Below, piece by piece: positions 17,684 through 28,003 of a stretch of 64,000 nt of DNA; positions within the stretch are counted from its first letter, which is position 1; every line of letters starts with the position of its first letter. The notes below the pieces were generated by a model. That model was not told the DNA's origin, did not search any database, and saw only the letters and a list, made by a program, of their open reading frames with translations. The position numbers and the translations under genes were made by a program. Source of the DNA: Saprospiraceae bacterium (GTDB lineage Bacteria > Bacteroidota > Bacteroidia > Chitinophagales > Saprospiraceae); NCBI GenBank assembly GCA_049306275.1, contig JBAQQB010000197.1:58601-122600 (forward strand). The letters run 5' to 3'.

Positions 17684-19949
17684 CCGTGCTTATTTCCTGC
17701 TTCGGCGTTTTCTCCGGCGCCAGCCAGTGCAACAGCGGCGGGATCAGCAACAGGTCGCATACTACCGCGCTGACCAGGGTGGCGCTGATCAGCAAGCCGA
17801 TCGTGACGCTGGGCGGATGGATCGAGAACAACATGACCAGAAAGCCTGCGAACAGCAAGAGCGTGGTCAGCACAATGGCCTTGCCGGTCTCCACGAAAGT
17901 AATGCGGATGGCCTCGTCCTGCGGCAGGCCCTTCGCCAGCGCCAGCCTGTATTTGCTCAGAAAATGAATGGTGTCGTCGACCGCGATGCCGAAAATGACC
18001 GAAAAGACGATCGACACCCCGGCTTCCAGCTCAATGCCGAAATAGCCCAGTATCGCCCCTGCCACCAGCAAGGGAACGAGGTTGGGAATGAGGGAGACGG
18101 CCACCATCCTGATATCGCGGAAGAGCAGGCCCATCATGATGGCTACGATCAGGATGGCGAGTCCCATACCTTGTATCAGGCTGCTTCTGACGTATTCCGA
18201 ATTTTTATCCACAATCAGCCCCGTGCCGGTGATGCGCACCGAAATTTTATCCTGATCCGTGTTGGCAGCTACCCACTGGTTAATGGCCGCATTCATGATC
18301 TTGATGCTGTCGGCGCCCACGTCGAGCAGCCGGGCGGTGATGCGCGCCTTCTGCCCGTCGCGGCTGATGAGCACGTTGGCGCCGGTGCGGGGCATGTCTT
18401 CCACCAGGCGTTTGTAGCGGTTGTACTCCGCCTCGCTTTCGGGAAACCGGTACTCCTTCGCCTGGTTGCCGTGAAATAGCTGATGCATGCTCTTGTAGGC
18501 CGTCGCCATGGAAGCCACGGCCCTGATGGGCTCGTATTGCTTCACATGGTCCTCCACCATGCTGATCTGGCGCATGACTTCGTAATCGGTGGCCTTGTGC
18601 GGGGGCTTCACCGTAATGGCCACCTCCATGGGCCTGAATCCGGTAAATTTTTCTTCGAAAAATTTGAAATCGGCCGTAATCTTCTCCCCTCTGGGCAAAT
18701 TCCGGATCAGGGTGTAGTTTGTGGTGATCTGTGCGATGCCGATCAGGCATACTGTCAGGAATGCCAGGGAAGCCCAACCGATCTGCCGGGGCTTCTCCCT
18801 GGTGAAGCGGAAAAGCTGCTCCATCCGTCTGTTCCAGAAATTGTCGACCGTGCCGATTTTGACAATCTGGTCGGCGTGGAAAAGGGAGAGCAGGGAAGTG
18901 GTGAAAAACAGTACCGTGACATAGGCGATCAGCACGCCCGCCGCCGAGTTGAGGCCGAAGTCGCGAATGGGCTCTATGCGGCTTGTCACCAGGCTGAGGA
19001 ACCCCACCGCCGTCGTGGCCGATGTGAGAAAAGTCGCTAACCCGATTTCCTTGACCGTGGTCTTGATGGCCGTGGGCCTGGGATTCCCCTTCTGCAACTC
19101 GTCGATGTATTTCGACATGATGTGTATGACATCGGATGTGCCAACGATGAGCATCAGCACGGGGTAGAGCGCTGCCATGGCGCTGAGCTCGCGCCCCGTC
19201 GCCGCCAGGAAGCCCATGAAGAGCAATAAGCCCAACCCAATCGAGGCAATGGAGACCACAATGCCCCAAAACCGGCGGAAAATGGCCGCCATGACCAGGC
19301 TGACGAGCAGGCCCGCGATCAGGGACGACACCAGTACTTCCCTTTTTTGCATCTCCACCAGCTCTTTCTGGAAGTAAGCCCGGCCCAGGAAGTGGTAGTC
19401 TTCGAAAGCATACCCTTCGACCTGCCGCTCCAGCGCCTTCATCAGCTCGTCAGATTGGGACAGGGTGATGTTGGGGATGGTCTTGAGGTAGACCACCAGG
19501 GCCGTGCCCTCCGGGTCGATCAGGTTGTAGACCAGGCGGTCGTCGGCGAGCGCCTTTTTGCGGTCGGAGGGAAAGCGGCCGGGGTCGTCGAGGTGAACCG
19601 CCGGAATGGTGGTGAGCCCAAACGGCGTTTTTAGCGGGTAGGAGAACTGGGTGAGCGAAAAACTCTCCTCCACATGTGGCAGTTGCCTCGCCTTCAGGCT
19701 GAAATCGTGGGCACGGGCGAGAAAGGAAGAGTCGAACACGCCTTCCTTCCGCTCCAATGCGACGAGCAAAAAGTTGTCGTCCGTTTCAAACTCCTCGACA
19801 AATTCCCTGAAAAAGGCCAGGTCTTTATCGCCACGGGGAAAAAACTGCTCGAAGTCGAAAGAGAAACGCAGCTGAGGGATCAGGAAGGCGCTGATTAGCG
19901 CGAGGATACCGAAAATGATAAAAGAGGCAATCTGAAACGGGCGACTCAT
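17676..19949 (-). CDS. RND/MMPL-family membrane transporter
   Basis: 757 aa. Two blocks of about 5-6 TM helices, each preceded by a large soluble loop (SSD/MMPL layout). Confidence 0.8.
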   Translation of the reverse strand: MSRPFQIASFIIFGILALISAFLIPQLRFSFDFEQFFPRGDKDLAFFREFVEEFETDDNFLLVALERKEGVFDSSFLARAHDFSLKARQLPHVEESFSLTQFSYPLKTPFGLTTIPAVHLDDPGRFPSDRKKALADDRLVYNLIDPEGTALVVYLKTIPNITLSQSDELMKALERQVEGYAFEDYHFLGRAYFQKELVEMQKREVLVSSLIAGLLVSLVMAAIFRRFWGIVVSIASIGLGLLLFMGFLAATGRELSAMAALYPVLMLIVGTSDVIHIMSKYIDELQKGNPRPTAIKTTVKEIGLATFLTSATTAVGFLSLVTSRIEPIRDFGLNSAAGVLIAYVTVLFFTTSLLSLFHADQIVKIGTVDNFWNRRMEQLFRFTREKPRQIGWASLAFLTVCLIGIAQITTNYTLIRNLPRGEKITADFKFFEEKFTGFRPMEVAITVKPPHKATDYEVMRQISMVEDHVKQYEPIRAVASMATAYKSMHQLFHGNQAKEYRFPESEAEYNRYKRLVEDMPRTGANVLISRDGQKARITARLLDVGADSIKIMNAAINQWVAANTDQDKISVRITGTGLIVDKNSEYVRSSLIQGMGLAILIVAIMMGLLFRDIRMVAVSLIPNLVPLLVAGAILGYFGIELEAGVSIVFSVIFGIAVDDTIHFLSKYRLALAKGLPQDEAIRITFVETGKAIVLTTLLLFAGFLVMLFSIHPPSVTIGLLISATLVSAVVCDLLLIPPLLHWLAPEKTPKQEISTAI

Positions 19950-19956
19950 ATATTTG
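19949..19956 (+). promoter_or_regulatory. Bacteroidota -7 promoter motif TAnnTTTG (TATATTTG) for the RsmI-like gene
   Basis: Exact match to the TAnnTTTG consensus, 58 nt upstream of ATG 20014 in a divergent spacer. Confidence 0.4.
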
Positions 19957-20013
19957 CTGTATATTCTGGCAGTGAAACCAGATTTTATTCAAAAGGTTCT
20001 TACCGATCAGACC

Positions 20014-20727
20014 ATGAAGACAGGTACGCTTTTTCTCCTTCCCTCCCCCTTGGGCGAGGATTCGGCCCAGCCCCTTTCCCCTCAGGTAGCGGAAACTGCC
20101 GGGCGCTTGAAATATTTTGTCGTGGAAAGGGCAAGGACGGCCAGAAAGGTCCTGAAAGACCTCGGCTACTCCCTCCCGCTCCGCGAAGCGGAGATGATCG
20201 AGCTCGACGACCGCACGCCGGAGGGGGAACTGGAGGTATTTCTGAAAGTCTTGCTTCAGGGCCACTCTGTTGGGGTGTTTTCAGAAGCTGGCTGTCCGGG
20301 CGTAGCCGATCCCGGGGCCCGGGCTGTGAGTTGGGCGCACCGGCACGGCATCCGGGTGGTACCGCTAGTCGGGCCTTCCAGCCTGCTGCTTGCCCTGATG
20401 GCATCGGGGCTCAACGGTCAGTCTTTTTGTTTTCACGGCTATCTCCCGCAGAACAGGGGTGACCTGTCTCACCAATTGCACAAATTGGAACGCCAGTCCT
20501 CAGCACTGGGGCAGACCCAGCTTTTCATCGAAACCCCTTACCGAAACGAAGCGCTTTTGGAAACCCTCCTCCAAAGCCTCCATCCAACTACCCGTCTCTG
20601 TATCGCCGCCGATCTGACCCTGGCGACCGAATACATCGCCACCAAAACGGTGAAGGAGTGGAAAAGCGATCCGCCCCCGCCTTTGAGCAAGCGGCCGGCT
20701 GTATTTCTTTTCCTGGCGACCACTTAG
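20014..20727 (+). CDS. SAM-dependent methyltransferase, tetrapyrrole-methylase (RsmI/YraL-like) fold
   Basis: Start at ATG 20014 (MKTGTLFLLPSPLGE), downstream of a TAnnTTTG motif at 19949. GCPGVADPG motif. Confidence 0.75.
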   Translation: MKTGTLFLLPSPLGEDSAQPLSPQVAETAGRLKYFVVERARTARKVLKDLGYSLPLREAEMIELDDRTPEGELEVFLKVLLQGHSVGVFSEAGCPGVADPGARAVSWAHRHGIRVVPLVGPSSLLLALMASGLNGQSFCFHGYLPQNRGDLSHQLHKLERQSSALGQTQLFIETPYRNEALLETLLQSLHPTTRLCIAADLTLATEYIATKTVKEWKSDPPPPLSKRPAVFLFLATT

Positions 20728-20745
20728 TTTTATTTTCAAACTAAG
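20723..20745 (+). terminator. Weak AT-rich hairpin overlapping the methyltransferase stop codon
   Basis: CTTAGTTT (20723-20730) / AAACTAAG (20738-20745) with 7-nt loop. Confidence 0.35.
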
Positions 20746-20759
20746 TAAACTATTTTTAC

Positions 20760-20767
20760 TATCTTTG
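20760..20767 (+). promoter_or_regulatory. TAnnTTTG motif (TATCTTTG) upstream of nadA
   Basis: Exact consensus match 29 nt upstream of ATG 20796. Confidence 0.45.
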
Positions 20768-20795
20768 CGTTAAAGCAGTAAACAACACAGACCAT

Positions 20796-21806
20796 ATGAA
20801 CACGATAACAGACCTGGCAGCCCTTGAATTGGAGACCAAAGGTTACCTCGACATCCAGGTAGACCCCACCCTTGACCTGTTTGAGGAGATCAACCGCCTG
20901 AAGAAGGAGAAAAATGCCATCATTCTGGCCCACTACTATCAGGAGTCGGACATACAGGACATCGCCGACTACATCGGCGACAGCCTGGGCTTGTCGCAAC
21001 AGGCTGCCAGGACCGATGCCGACATCATCGTCTTTGCCGGCGTGCACTTCATGGCGGAGACGGCCAAGATGCTCAGCCCGCATAAAAAGGTGCTATTGCC
21101 CGACCTCAAGGCCGGTTGCTCGCTGGCCGATTCCTGCCCGGCGCCGGTGTTCCGGAAGTTCAGGGAGCAACACCCCGACCATGTGGTGGTGAGTTATATC
21201 AACTGCACCGCCGAGCTCAAGACCCTGACCGACATCTGCTGCACCTCGACCAATGCCATGCAGGTGATCAACAGTATTCCGCCGGAGCAGCCCATCATTT
21301 TTGCGCCCGACATCAACCTGGGTAAGTATTTGCAAAAGAAAACCGGCCGTCAGAATATGATCCTCTGGAACGGCGCTTGTATCGTGCACGAGATTTTTTC
21401 CCACGAAAAAATCGTCAAACTGCGTCAGCGGCACCCCGATGCGAAGTTTATCGCCCACCCGGAATGCGAGCCCCATATCCTGGAGATGGCTGATTTCATT
21501 GGCTCTACCACGGGGCTGCTCAAATACACCGTGAATGATCCGGCTACGGAGTTCATCGTAGCTACGGAGGTGGGTATTATCCACCAGATGGAGAAGAAGT
21601 CGCCGCACAAGACCTTCATTCCTGCGCCGCCCAACAACGCCTGCGCCTGCAACGAGTGCCCGCACATGAAGCGCAACACCTTGGAAAAGCTATACATCTG
21701 CATGAAACACGAGCTGCCCGAGATTACCTTGCCCGGCTGGATCATCGAGCAGGGGCGCAAGTCGATCGATCGCATGCTGGAAATATCGGCAAAGGCCGGT
21801 TTGTAA
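20796..21806 (+). CDS. nadA: Quinolinate synthase
   Basis: 336 aa. [27 protein letters not shown], cluster-Cys region [11 protein letters not shown]. Confidence 0.93.
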   Translation: MNTITDLAALELETKGYLDIQVDPTLDLFEEINRLKKEKNAIILAHYYQESDIQDIADYIGDSLGLSQQAARTDADIIVFAGVHFMAETAKMLSPHKKVLLPDLKAGCSLADSCPAPVFRKFREQHPDHVVVSYINCTAELKTLTDICCTSTNAMQVINSIPPEQPIIFAPDINLGKYLQKKTGRQNMILWNGACIVHEIFSHEKIVKLRQRHPDAKFIAHPECEPHILEMADFIGSTTGLLKYTVNDPATEFIVATEVGIIHQMEKKSPHKTFIPAPPNNACACNECPHMKRNTLEKLYICMKHELPEITLPGWIIEQGRKSIDRMLEISAKAGL

Positions 21807-21845
21807 AATGAAAAGCCGCATTTGAACGTTACAAAACAGTTTCAC

Positions 21846-21853
21846 TAACTTTG
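21846..21853 (+). promoter_or_regulatory. TAnnTTTG motif (TAACTTTG) upstream of the DUF6089-like gene
   Basis: Exact consensus match 19 nt upstream of ATG 21872. It argues against the listed TTG start at 21851. Confidence 0.45.
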
Positions 21854-21871
21854 CGGCTCAAAAACAAACCC

Positions 21872-22699
21872 ATGCGTATCCGACTATTTTCCATTGTGTT
21901 GTTCCAGTTTTTGATGATCGGCCTTCACGGGCAGCAGGGATGGGAGGCCGGCGGATGGCTGGGCGTGTCCCACTATTTTGGCGATCTCAACACTAACCTG
22001 CGCCTTACAGACCCGGGTTATGCGGGTGGACTGGTGGCCCGTTACAATTTCAACAAGCGGGTGTGCATCAAATTTTCCGGCAACTACGGCAATGTCAGCG
22101 CCCAGGATGCCGATTCTGAGAACCTCTTCGAGCGGGCCCGCAACCTGAGCTTCCGCTCGGTGGTCGTCGACGGGGCGGCACAGATGGAGTTCAACTTCCT
22201 CACCTATACGCACGGCAGCAAAGACGAGTTTTTCTCGCCTTACCTGTTTGCGGGTTTCAACGTCTTTTACTTCAACCCCCAGGCCGAGTACAACGGGCAG
22301 TGGGTCGACCTGCGGCCTTTGGGCACCGAAGGTCAATTCCGCGGCGAGGAGTACTACACCACGCAATTTGGCCTGGTTTATGGCATGGGCTTGAAGATCG
22401 ACCTGAGCTACCGCCTGAGCCTCAACCTCGAGCTCAGCGGACGCAGGCTTTTTACCGACTATCTGGACGATGTCAGCACGGTTTATGCAGACAAGGACGA
22501 CCTTGAAAAGCTCCGGGGCGAAGTGGCCGTAGCGCTTTCCGACCGTTCGCTCCTGCTGCAAGGCGTGAACGAAGATGGCCGGCTCAGCCAGCCGGGCCGT
22601 CAGCGCGGCAACTCCGTCACCAAAGACGCTTATGCTATGCTCGGACTGGGGCTGGTGTATTATTTCGGCGACCTGAAATGCCCGGAATACAGCCGCTGA
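21872..22699 (+). CDS. Outer-membrane beta-barrel protein (DUF6089-like)
   Basis: Start at ATG 21872 (MRIRLFSIVLFQFLM signal peptide), placed after the TAACTTTG motif at 21846. GWLGVSHYFGDLN and alternating beta-strand pattern. Confidence 0.6.
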   Translation: MRIRLFSIVLFQFLMIGLHGQQGWEAGGWLGVSHYFGDLNTNLRLTDPGYAGGLVARYNFNKRVCIKFSGNYGNVSAQDADSENLFERARNLSFRSVVVDGAAQMEFNFLTYTHGSKDEFFSPYLFAGFNVFYFNPQAEYNGQWVDLRPLGTEGQFRGEEYYTTQFGLVYGMGLKIDLSYRLSLNLELSGRRLFTDYLDDVSTVYADKDDLEKLRGEVAVALSDRSLLLQGVNEDGRLSQPGRQRGNSVTKDAYAMLGLGLVYYFGDLKCPEYSR

Positions 22700-24121
22700 T
22701 CAATACCTGATCCGCACCAGCTTCAGCGTGTTCCTCCTTTCGCTGGGCACGATCAATTCGCTGGAAGAGACTTGCACTGCGTCGCGGAAGCGCAGCTTCA
22801 GCCGCTGGCGGTCGGTATTCATGACGCTGAACCGGTCTGTTTGGCCGATGGGCGATACCACGTATTCGCTCACCGTGTTCTCGTGCTTGATTTCGTCGTT
22901 GAAGAACATGCGGAGGTTGGCAGGCGTCTTGAGCAGGAAGTAGGATGAATATACTGCATCGTCGTCCTGTGAGTATTGCTTTTTATGCAGTATTTGCTGC
23001 CAGTGCAGGCTCCCGTCGGGGTTGAAGGAAATGATGAACAGGTCGTCGAGGTAGTAATCGACGATAAATCTCCCGCCGGCCATATCAAAGCGGCCTCCTG
23101 GCAAATTCCGTTCGTAGATCCGCTCTCGTTCGCCGATGAGAAGGATTCCGCCGTCTTTTCTCAGCACGATTTCCCTGGCCGTGGTCTCGGTAATGCCGCG
23201 ATTTTTTGCGTTGAAGTTTTTCCCCATAAAAGTGGAGACAAACTTATCGTCGAGTTCATGGAATTCCAGGACGCCGTTTTCCTGGTCGGCCAGTGGCAGA
23301 CGGAGGTAGAAAGGGCCGGAAGCGCGGGCCAGATTATCCTCCGAAAAAAGTCCTCCTGCGATGAGTTGGCGGTTGAGGTTGTCGAAGGCGAATTGCACGT
23401 CGAAGCACAGCTTATCGCCCATGAGAATATCCAGGCGCTGCACAATAAGGTCGGAGGAAGGGCCGTACACAAATACTTCAAAGCGGTTTTTACCCGCATT
23501 CCTGCCGTCCCTGTTCAGGATGCAAAACATATTGCCTTCGTTGTCGACGACCATTTGCTGGAACTCGTTGAAGTAGTCCAAACCGTCAGGAGCGAGTTGT
23601 ACCTCCCACATGAGCGACAAAGAGTCGAGATCGATGGCGAAGGCGTGGATAGACTTGAAATCTTCCACTTTGTAGACGAGCAATTTGCTCCTGTTTTCGG
23701 AGAGGACTGAGTGCAAGGTGATGGGAAACAGTTCCTGGCCCAGATTGAAAAGGGTAACCGAGTCAGTGAGGTTGGCGGCGGGGTCGTAGCGGTGGATTTT
23801 GAAGAATAGGTTGAGTTCCTGGCGGTAGGTGTAAGCGATGGCAAAACCTCTTTTTTCATTGATGACGTCGGCGATCTGGGGGCGCCGGCGGTCGAGGTCG
23901 ATATCTTTTTCCCAGACCTGTTCCATTTTCTGGTTGAAGCCCGTTACTTTCCAGGCGACGGCCTGGTCGCGCAGCAGCAGGAGTTGCCCCGACCATTCGC
24001 CCAGGATATCATAAGCGATTTCTTCACGCAGGGCTATCCCATCCGATACGGTGACTTGCTGCGCGGAGGCAGCATACAGGGTGGCGATACAGACGCCGAT
24101 GCTGAGGAAAATCCGTTTCAT
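22700..24121 (-). CDS. Secreted hypothetical protein
   Basis: 473 aa. Signal peptide MKRIFLSIGVCIATLYAASAQ and clean coding frame; no family recognised. Confidence 0.65.
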   Translation of the reverse strand: MKRIFLSIGVCIATLYAASAQQVTVSDGIALREEIAYDILGEWSGQLLLLRDQAVAWKVTGFNQKMEQVWEKDIDLDRRRPQIADVINEKRGFAIAYTYRQELNLFFKIHRYDPAANLTDSVTLFNLGQELFPITLHSVLSENRSKLLVYKVEDFKSIHAFAIDLDSLSLMWEVQLAPDGLDYFNEFQQMVVDNEGNMFCILNRDGRNAGKNRFEVFVYGPSSDLIVQRLDILMGDKLCFDVQFAFDNLNRQLIAGGLFSEDNLARASGPFYLRLPLADQENGVLEFHELDDKFVSTFMGKNFNAKNRGITETTAREIVLRKDGGILLIGERERIYERNLPGGRFDMAGGRFIVDYYLDDLFIISFNPDGSLHWQQILHKKQYSQDDDAVYSSYFLLKTPANLRMFFNDEIKHENTVSEYVVSPIGQTDRFSVMNTDRQRLKLRFRDAVQVSSSELIVPSERRNTLKLVRIRY

Positions 24122-24186
24122 AGCTGTTTATTGAGCCTGTCTAAAATAAACGAATTTTCCGGCGGAAGGATGAAAAATGCGGCGAC

Positions 24187-24429
24187 TTATTGATATCGGG
24201 CCCAGACGCGCTCGATAGCGGCTGCGAGTTTGCGGTCTTTTTCAGTAACCGTATTGCCTGCGTCGTGTGTGCTGAGATGGATGTCGACGCGGTTCCAGAC
24301 ATTGCTCCAGTTGGGATGGTGGTTTTGCTTCTCCGCGAGCATAGCCACTTCGGTCATAAAAGCGAAGGCCTGGGAGAAGTCCTTGAACTGAAAGTATGCT
24401 TTCAGCATGTTATCTTCTTCTTTCCACAT
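24187..24429 (-). CDS. phhB: 4a-hydroxytetrahydrobiopterin (pterin-4a-carbinolamine) dehydratase
   Basis: 80 aa. FKDFSQAFAFMTEVAMLAEKQNHHPNWSNVWNRVDIHLSTHD is the PCD signature. Confidence 0.88.
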   Translation of the reverse strand: MWKEEDNMLKAYFQFKDFSQAFAFMTEVAMLAEKQNHHPNWSNVWNRVDIHLSTHDAGNTVTEKDRKLAAAIERVWARYQ

Positions 24430-24444
24430 GGGCGAAAAATTTGG

Positions 24445-25494
24445 TTATTTGAATGACCAGTCGTATTCGTGCAGCTGACAGACGCCGGCCTTGAGCAGGT
24501 CGATGCAGGCGCGGATATCGCTTTTATTGGCCATTTCGATGACTTGGTGGACATGCCGGAGCGGGATGGAGATGGCCCCCGCGATGGCGCCGCTTTTCCC
24601 GGAGCGCTGGATGCCTGCGGTGTCGGTGCCGCCGCCGGTCAGTATCTCGGGTTGCCAGGGTATATCGTGTTGCCCTGCGAGTTGTTTGAGGTAGTTCACC
24701 ATGCGGTAGTCACAGATGGTGCTGCTGTCCATGATCTTGATGGCGGCGCCTTTGCCCAGTTTGGTGACCATCTCGTGCGGCTGTGCGCCCGGCACGTCGA
24801 ATGCGATGGTCACGTCGAGGCCGAAGCCGAAATGGGGGTCGATCAGGTGGGCGGTTTTCTGGGCGCCACGTATACCTACTTCTTCCTGTACGGTGAAGAC
24901 GCTGTAAAGGTCGTAGGGAATCTCCTTGTCTTTCAATTCGCGCAGGGTTTCCAGCAGGATGAAGACGGAAACCCGGTTGTCGAGCGATTTGCTGTTGATG
25001 CAATGGCCCATTTCGATGAGTTCGCGCTCGCGGGTGATGGGGTCGCCAACGGCGATCAGCTCTTTAACTTCCTCCTTCGGCAGGCCCAGGTCGATGAAGA
25101 AGTCCTGGATTTGAGGCGCTTTGTTGCGCTCCTCCGGTTTCATGATGTGAATGGGTTTGGAGCCCATTACCCCGATCACATCCTTGCGCCCGTGTACGAT
25201 GACGCGCTGGGAGGTCAGTGTTTTGGGGTCGAAACCGCCCAGCGGGTGGAAGCGCAGGAAGCCGTCGTCGTCGATATGGGTAACCATGAAGCTGATCTCG
25301 TCCATATGAGCGGCGACCATCACCCTTTTGGGCTCTTTTCCCTTCTTCACGGCGATCACGTTGCCCATGGGGTCGACCTCCACGTGGTCGGCATAGGGTT
25401 TGACTTCTTCCAGGACAAAGGAGCGGATTCGCTGCTCAAAGCCGGGGGCGCCGGGCGTTTCGCAGATCTTCTTCAACAGTTCGATGTTGATCAT
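24445..25494 (-). CDS. M42 family metallopeptidase (glutamyl aminopeptidase/CelM-like)
   Basis: Start at ATG 25494 (MINIELLKKICETPGAPGFEQRIR). M42 layout with GNVIAVKKG and AHMDEI motifs. Confidence 0.85.
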   Translation of the reverse strand: MINIELLKKICETPGAPGFEQRIRSFVLEEVKPYADHVEVDPMGNVIAVKKGKEPKRVMVAAHMDEISFMVTHIDDDGFLRFHPLGGFDPKTLTSQRVIVHGRKDVIGVMGSKPIHIMKPEERNKAPQIQDFFIDLGLPKEEVKELIAVGDPITRERELIEMGHCINSKSLDNRVSVFILLETLRELKDKEIPYDLYSVFTVQEEVGIRGAQKTAHLIDPHFGFGLDVTIAFDVPGAQPHEMVTKLGKGAAIKIMDSSTICDYRMVNYLKQLAGQHDIPWQPEILTGGGTDTAGIQRSGKSGAIAGAISIPLRHVHQVIEMANKSDIRACIDLLKAGVCQLHEYDWSFK

Positions 25495-25628
25495 GCGGGT
25501 GGAATTGGATAGGTAATAATTAGCCCACAAAGTTACGGTTTTTCGGGGTGCGAATTCATTTGAATGAAAAATATGCTCCCCGACATGCCCGGAAATTGTG
25601 TAACATTGCGGGAATTCAGCCCAATCAG

Positions 25629-27110
25629 ATGTCCCTTCTCCGGAAACTGGCCAGCGATACAGCCATTTATGGCGTGAGCAGCATCCTCAGCCGCTTGCTC
25701 AACTACCTCATTCTCACCCCTTACCTGACCCGCGTATTCCTGGAGGGCGAGTATGGCGAGATCTCCATTCTCTTCACCTATGCAGGCATCCTGACGGTGC
25801 TCTTCACTTACCGGATGGAGACGGCCTTTTTCAGGTACGGCAGCCGGCAGGAAGACACCGGGCGGGCTTTTTCCACGGGCTCCATTTCCCTGTTGGCCAC
25901 CACCGCGGTTTTTTCTGCCCTGATCCTGATCGGGCTGGAGCCCCTTTCTGCCATGATCAATTACCCCGGCCAGCCGCAGTACCTGCTATTGTTGCTGGGC
26001 ATCATCGTCTTCGACGCGCTGATGGCGCTGCCTTTTGCCAAACTGCGGCTGGAAGGCCGCCCGATCCTGTTCGCGGCGCTGAAAACCGCCCATATCCTGC
26101 TCAACGTCGTCTTTCTGTTTTTCCTGCTCGAAGCGTTGCCCCTCCTGTCGCGTGGAGGGATTGCATGGGCGGGCAATCTATTTAATGAAGAATTCCGGGT
26201 GGGCTATGTTTTCGTGGCCAATTTATTGGCCAGCCTGTGCATCCTCCTCTTCTTCGTGCCCAAATACCTGAAGATGCGATGGACCTTCGACCGGCCCCTG
26301 TTGCGCCGGATGATCGTCTACGCCATGCCCCTGGTCGTGGTAGGCCTTGCCGCCGTCATCAACCAGCTGATCGCTTTGCCGATGCTGGAAAACCTCTTGC
26401 CGGGCACTTTGGAAGAGAACCGTGCCCAGACGGGTATTTTCAGCGCCGCCTCCAAGCTGGCGATCCTGATGAACCTCTTCACCCAGGCTTTTAACTACGC
26501 TGCGGAGCCTTTCTTCTTCCACCATGCCGCCCGCTCCGATTCAAAAGACATCTACGCCCAGACAGGACAGGCCTTTGCCTTGGTGGGGAGTTTTGTATTC
26601 CTGGGCATCATGCTCTACCTTGACCTGATCCAGTATTTCATCGGCGCACACCTGCGAGCCGGGCTTGGCGTAGTGCCCATTTTGCTTATCGCCTATTATT
26701 TCCTCGGCTTGTACTACAATTTTTCCATCTGGTACAAACTAGCCGACAAAACCATAATGGGGGCCATCATCTCGATTGGCGGGGTGCTGATCACACTAGG
26801 GCTCAATTTCTGGCTGGTGCCCAACCCGGCAGTTGGCTATTACGGCGCGGCATGGGCCGCCCTCGGGTGCTATGGCTTCATGGCCCTTGCCAGCTACCTG
26901 ACGGGCAGGAGGTATTTCCCCATTCCCTATCCGATGGGGAAAATGGGCTTGTACATTGGCCTGGCGCTTGGCCTTTATGCGCTCAGCGCCCTTTTAGCCT
27001 CCATCCCCCTTGGCCTCCGCTTGCTGGCCAATACCGGGCTGTTGCTCGTTTTTGTCATCGTCATTTACCGCGTCGACGGCGCCGCCTTGCGGGCAATGAT
27101 CCGCCGTTGA
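25629..27110 (+). CDS. MOP-superfamily polysaccharide/lipid-linked oligosaccharide flippase
   Basis: Start at ATG 25629 (MSLLRKLASDTAIYGVSSILSRLLNY); about 14 hydrophobic segments. Confidence 0.8.
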   Translation: MSLLRKLASDTAIYGVSSILSRLLNYLILTPYLTRVFLEGEYGEISILFTYAGILTVLFTYRMETAFFRYGSRQEDTGRAFSTGSISLLATTAVFSALILIGLEPLSAMINYPGQPQYLLLLLGIIVFDALMALPFAKLRLEGRPILFAALKTAHILLNVVFLFFLLEALPLLSRGGIAWAGNLFNEEFRVGYVFVANLLASLCILLFFVPKYLKMRWTFDRPLLRRMIVYAMPLVVVGLAAVINQLIALPMLENLLPGTLEENRAQTGIFSAASKLAILMNLFTQAFNYAAEPFFFHHAARSDSKDIYAQTGQAFALVGSFVFLGIMLYLDLIQYFIGAHLRAGLGVVPILLIAYYFLGLYYNFSIWYKLADKTIMGAIISIGGVLITLGLNFWLVPNPAVGYYGAAWAALGCYGFMALASYLTGRRYFPIPYPMGKMGLYIGLALGLYALSALLASIPLGLRLLANTGLLLVFVIVIYRVDGAALRAMIRR

Positions 27111-27122
27111 TGCAAATTTTTC

Positions 27123-27130
27123 TACATTTG
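27123..27130 (+). promoter_or_regulatory. TAnnTTTG motif (TACATTTG) upstream of the TPR/DUF6624-like gene
   Basis: Exact consensus match 18 nt upstream of ATG 27148. Confidence 0.4.
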
Positions 27131-27147
27131 TAAAAATGCAGGTAGGT

Positions 27148-27993
27148 ATGGACAAGGTTTTCACCCTGTTGCTCATCGCGTATTTAACTTCAATGCCAGG
27201 GCTTCTCTGTGGCCAGGCAGTTCCATGGGAAAACCAGGCCCCCGCTGATTCGCTGTACGATGCAAAGCAGTATCAGGCGGCTTTGGACTTGTACAAGCCC
27301 CTTCTCGTATTTTACGAAGAAAAAAGAACCCTGCTCAAGGGCGCCCGTTGCGCCGCCCAAGCCGGCGATACCAAGCTGGCGCTGAAATACCTCGACCGGC
27401 TGGTCAAGTTGGGCTGGAATAGCTCGCGGTCGCTCCGGAACGACAAAGAACTGGCGCCGATCCACCAGGAAGCCAAATTCAATGCGCTGCTGAAAAAGGT
27501 GGAAAAACTGGAAGCCCGTTCGGCCGAGCTCAAAACGGGAACGGTGATGGCAGAACTCGACTCCCTCAGCGCCTACGATAAGAAGTACCGGAAGCGTCCG
27601 GATATGAAAGCCGAACAGGCCCGGCTCGATTCCCTCAACGGCGTGCGCCTGGAAAAACTGATCGACCAGTACGGCTGGCTGGGCAGCAACCTGCTGGGCG
27701 GCCGCAACTATTGCTGGCTGGCTTTGTTGAGACAACCGCTCGCGTTTCAGAAAAAGTACATCGGCATCATGCGGAAAGCCGTGAAAAAAGGGGAAGAAGA
27801 GCGCGCTTTCCTGGCTTTCCTGGAAGACCAGATGCTGGTGGCCCAAGGCAAAAAACAGAAGTACGGCACGCAGATCGATACAGAAAAGAAAGAAGTGTAT
27901 CCGATCGAGGAGCCCGAAAAAGTCGATCTCTACCGGGCTGGCGCGGGCCTGGGCTCCCACAAAGGCTTTTTGAAGATCTGGAACATAGAATAA
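27148..27993 (+). CDS. Secreted TPR-like / DUF6624-like protein
   Basis: Signal peptide FTLLLIAYLTSMPGLLCG and C-terminal GWLGSNLLGG...QKYGTQ block. ATG 27136 is only 5 nt after a TACATTTG promoter motif, so 27148 is preferred. Confidence 0.5.
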   Translation: MDKVFTLLLIAYLTSMPGLLCGQAVPWENQAPADSLYDAKQYQAALDLYKPLLVFYEEKRTLLKGARCAAQAGDTKLALKYLDRLVKLGWNSSRSLRNDKELAPIHQEAKFNALLKKVEKLEARSAELKTGTVMAELDSLSAYDKKYRKRPDMKAEQARLDSLNGVRLEKLIDQYGWLGSNLLGGRNYCWLALLRQPLAFQKKYIGIMRKAVKKGEEERAFLAFLEDQMLVAQGKKQKYGTQIDTEKKEVYPIEEPEKVDLYRAGAGLGSHKGFLKIWNIE

Positions 27994-28003
27994 CCTGTAC
28001 GCA

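Noticed and set aside
16637-19949. Squalene-hopene cyclase plus HpnN-like hopanoid transporter pair
   Set aside because: The toroid protein is only about 348 aa, roughly half an SHC, and lacks a DxDD catalytic motif. The RND gene is convergent and not co-transcribed. The hopanoid interpretation is unsupported.
24469-25512. 347-aa plus-strand ORF
   Set aside because: It is antisense to the M42 peptidase gene. The sequence is Gly/Asp/Val-rich shadow with no domain.
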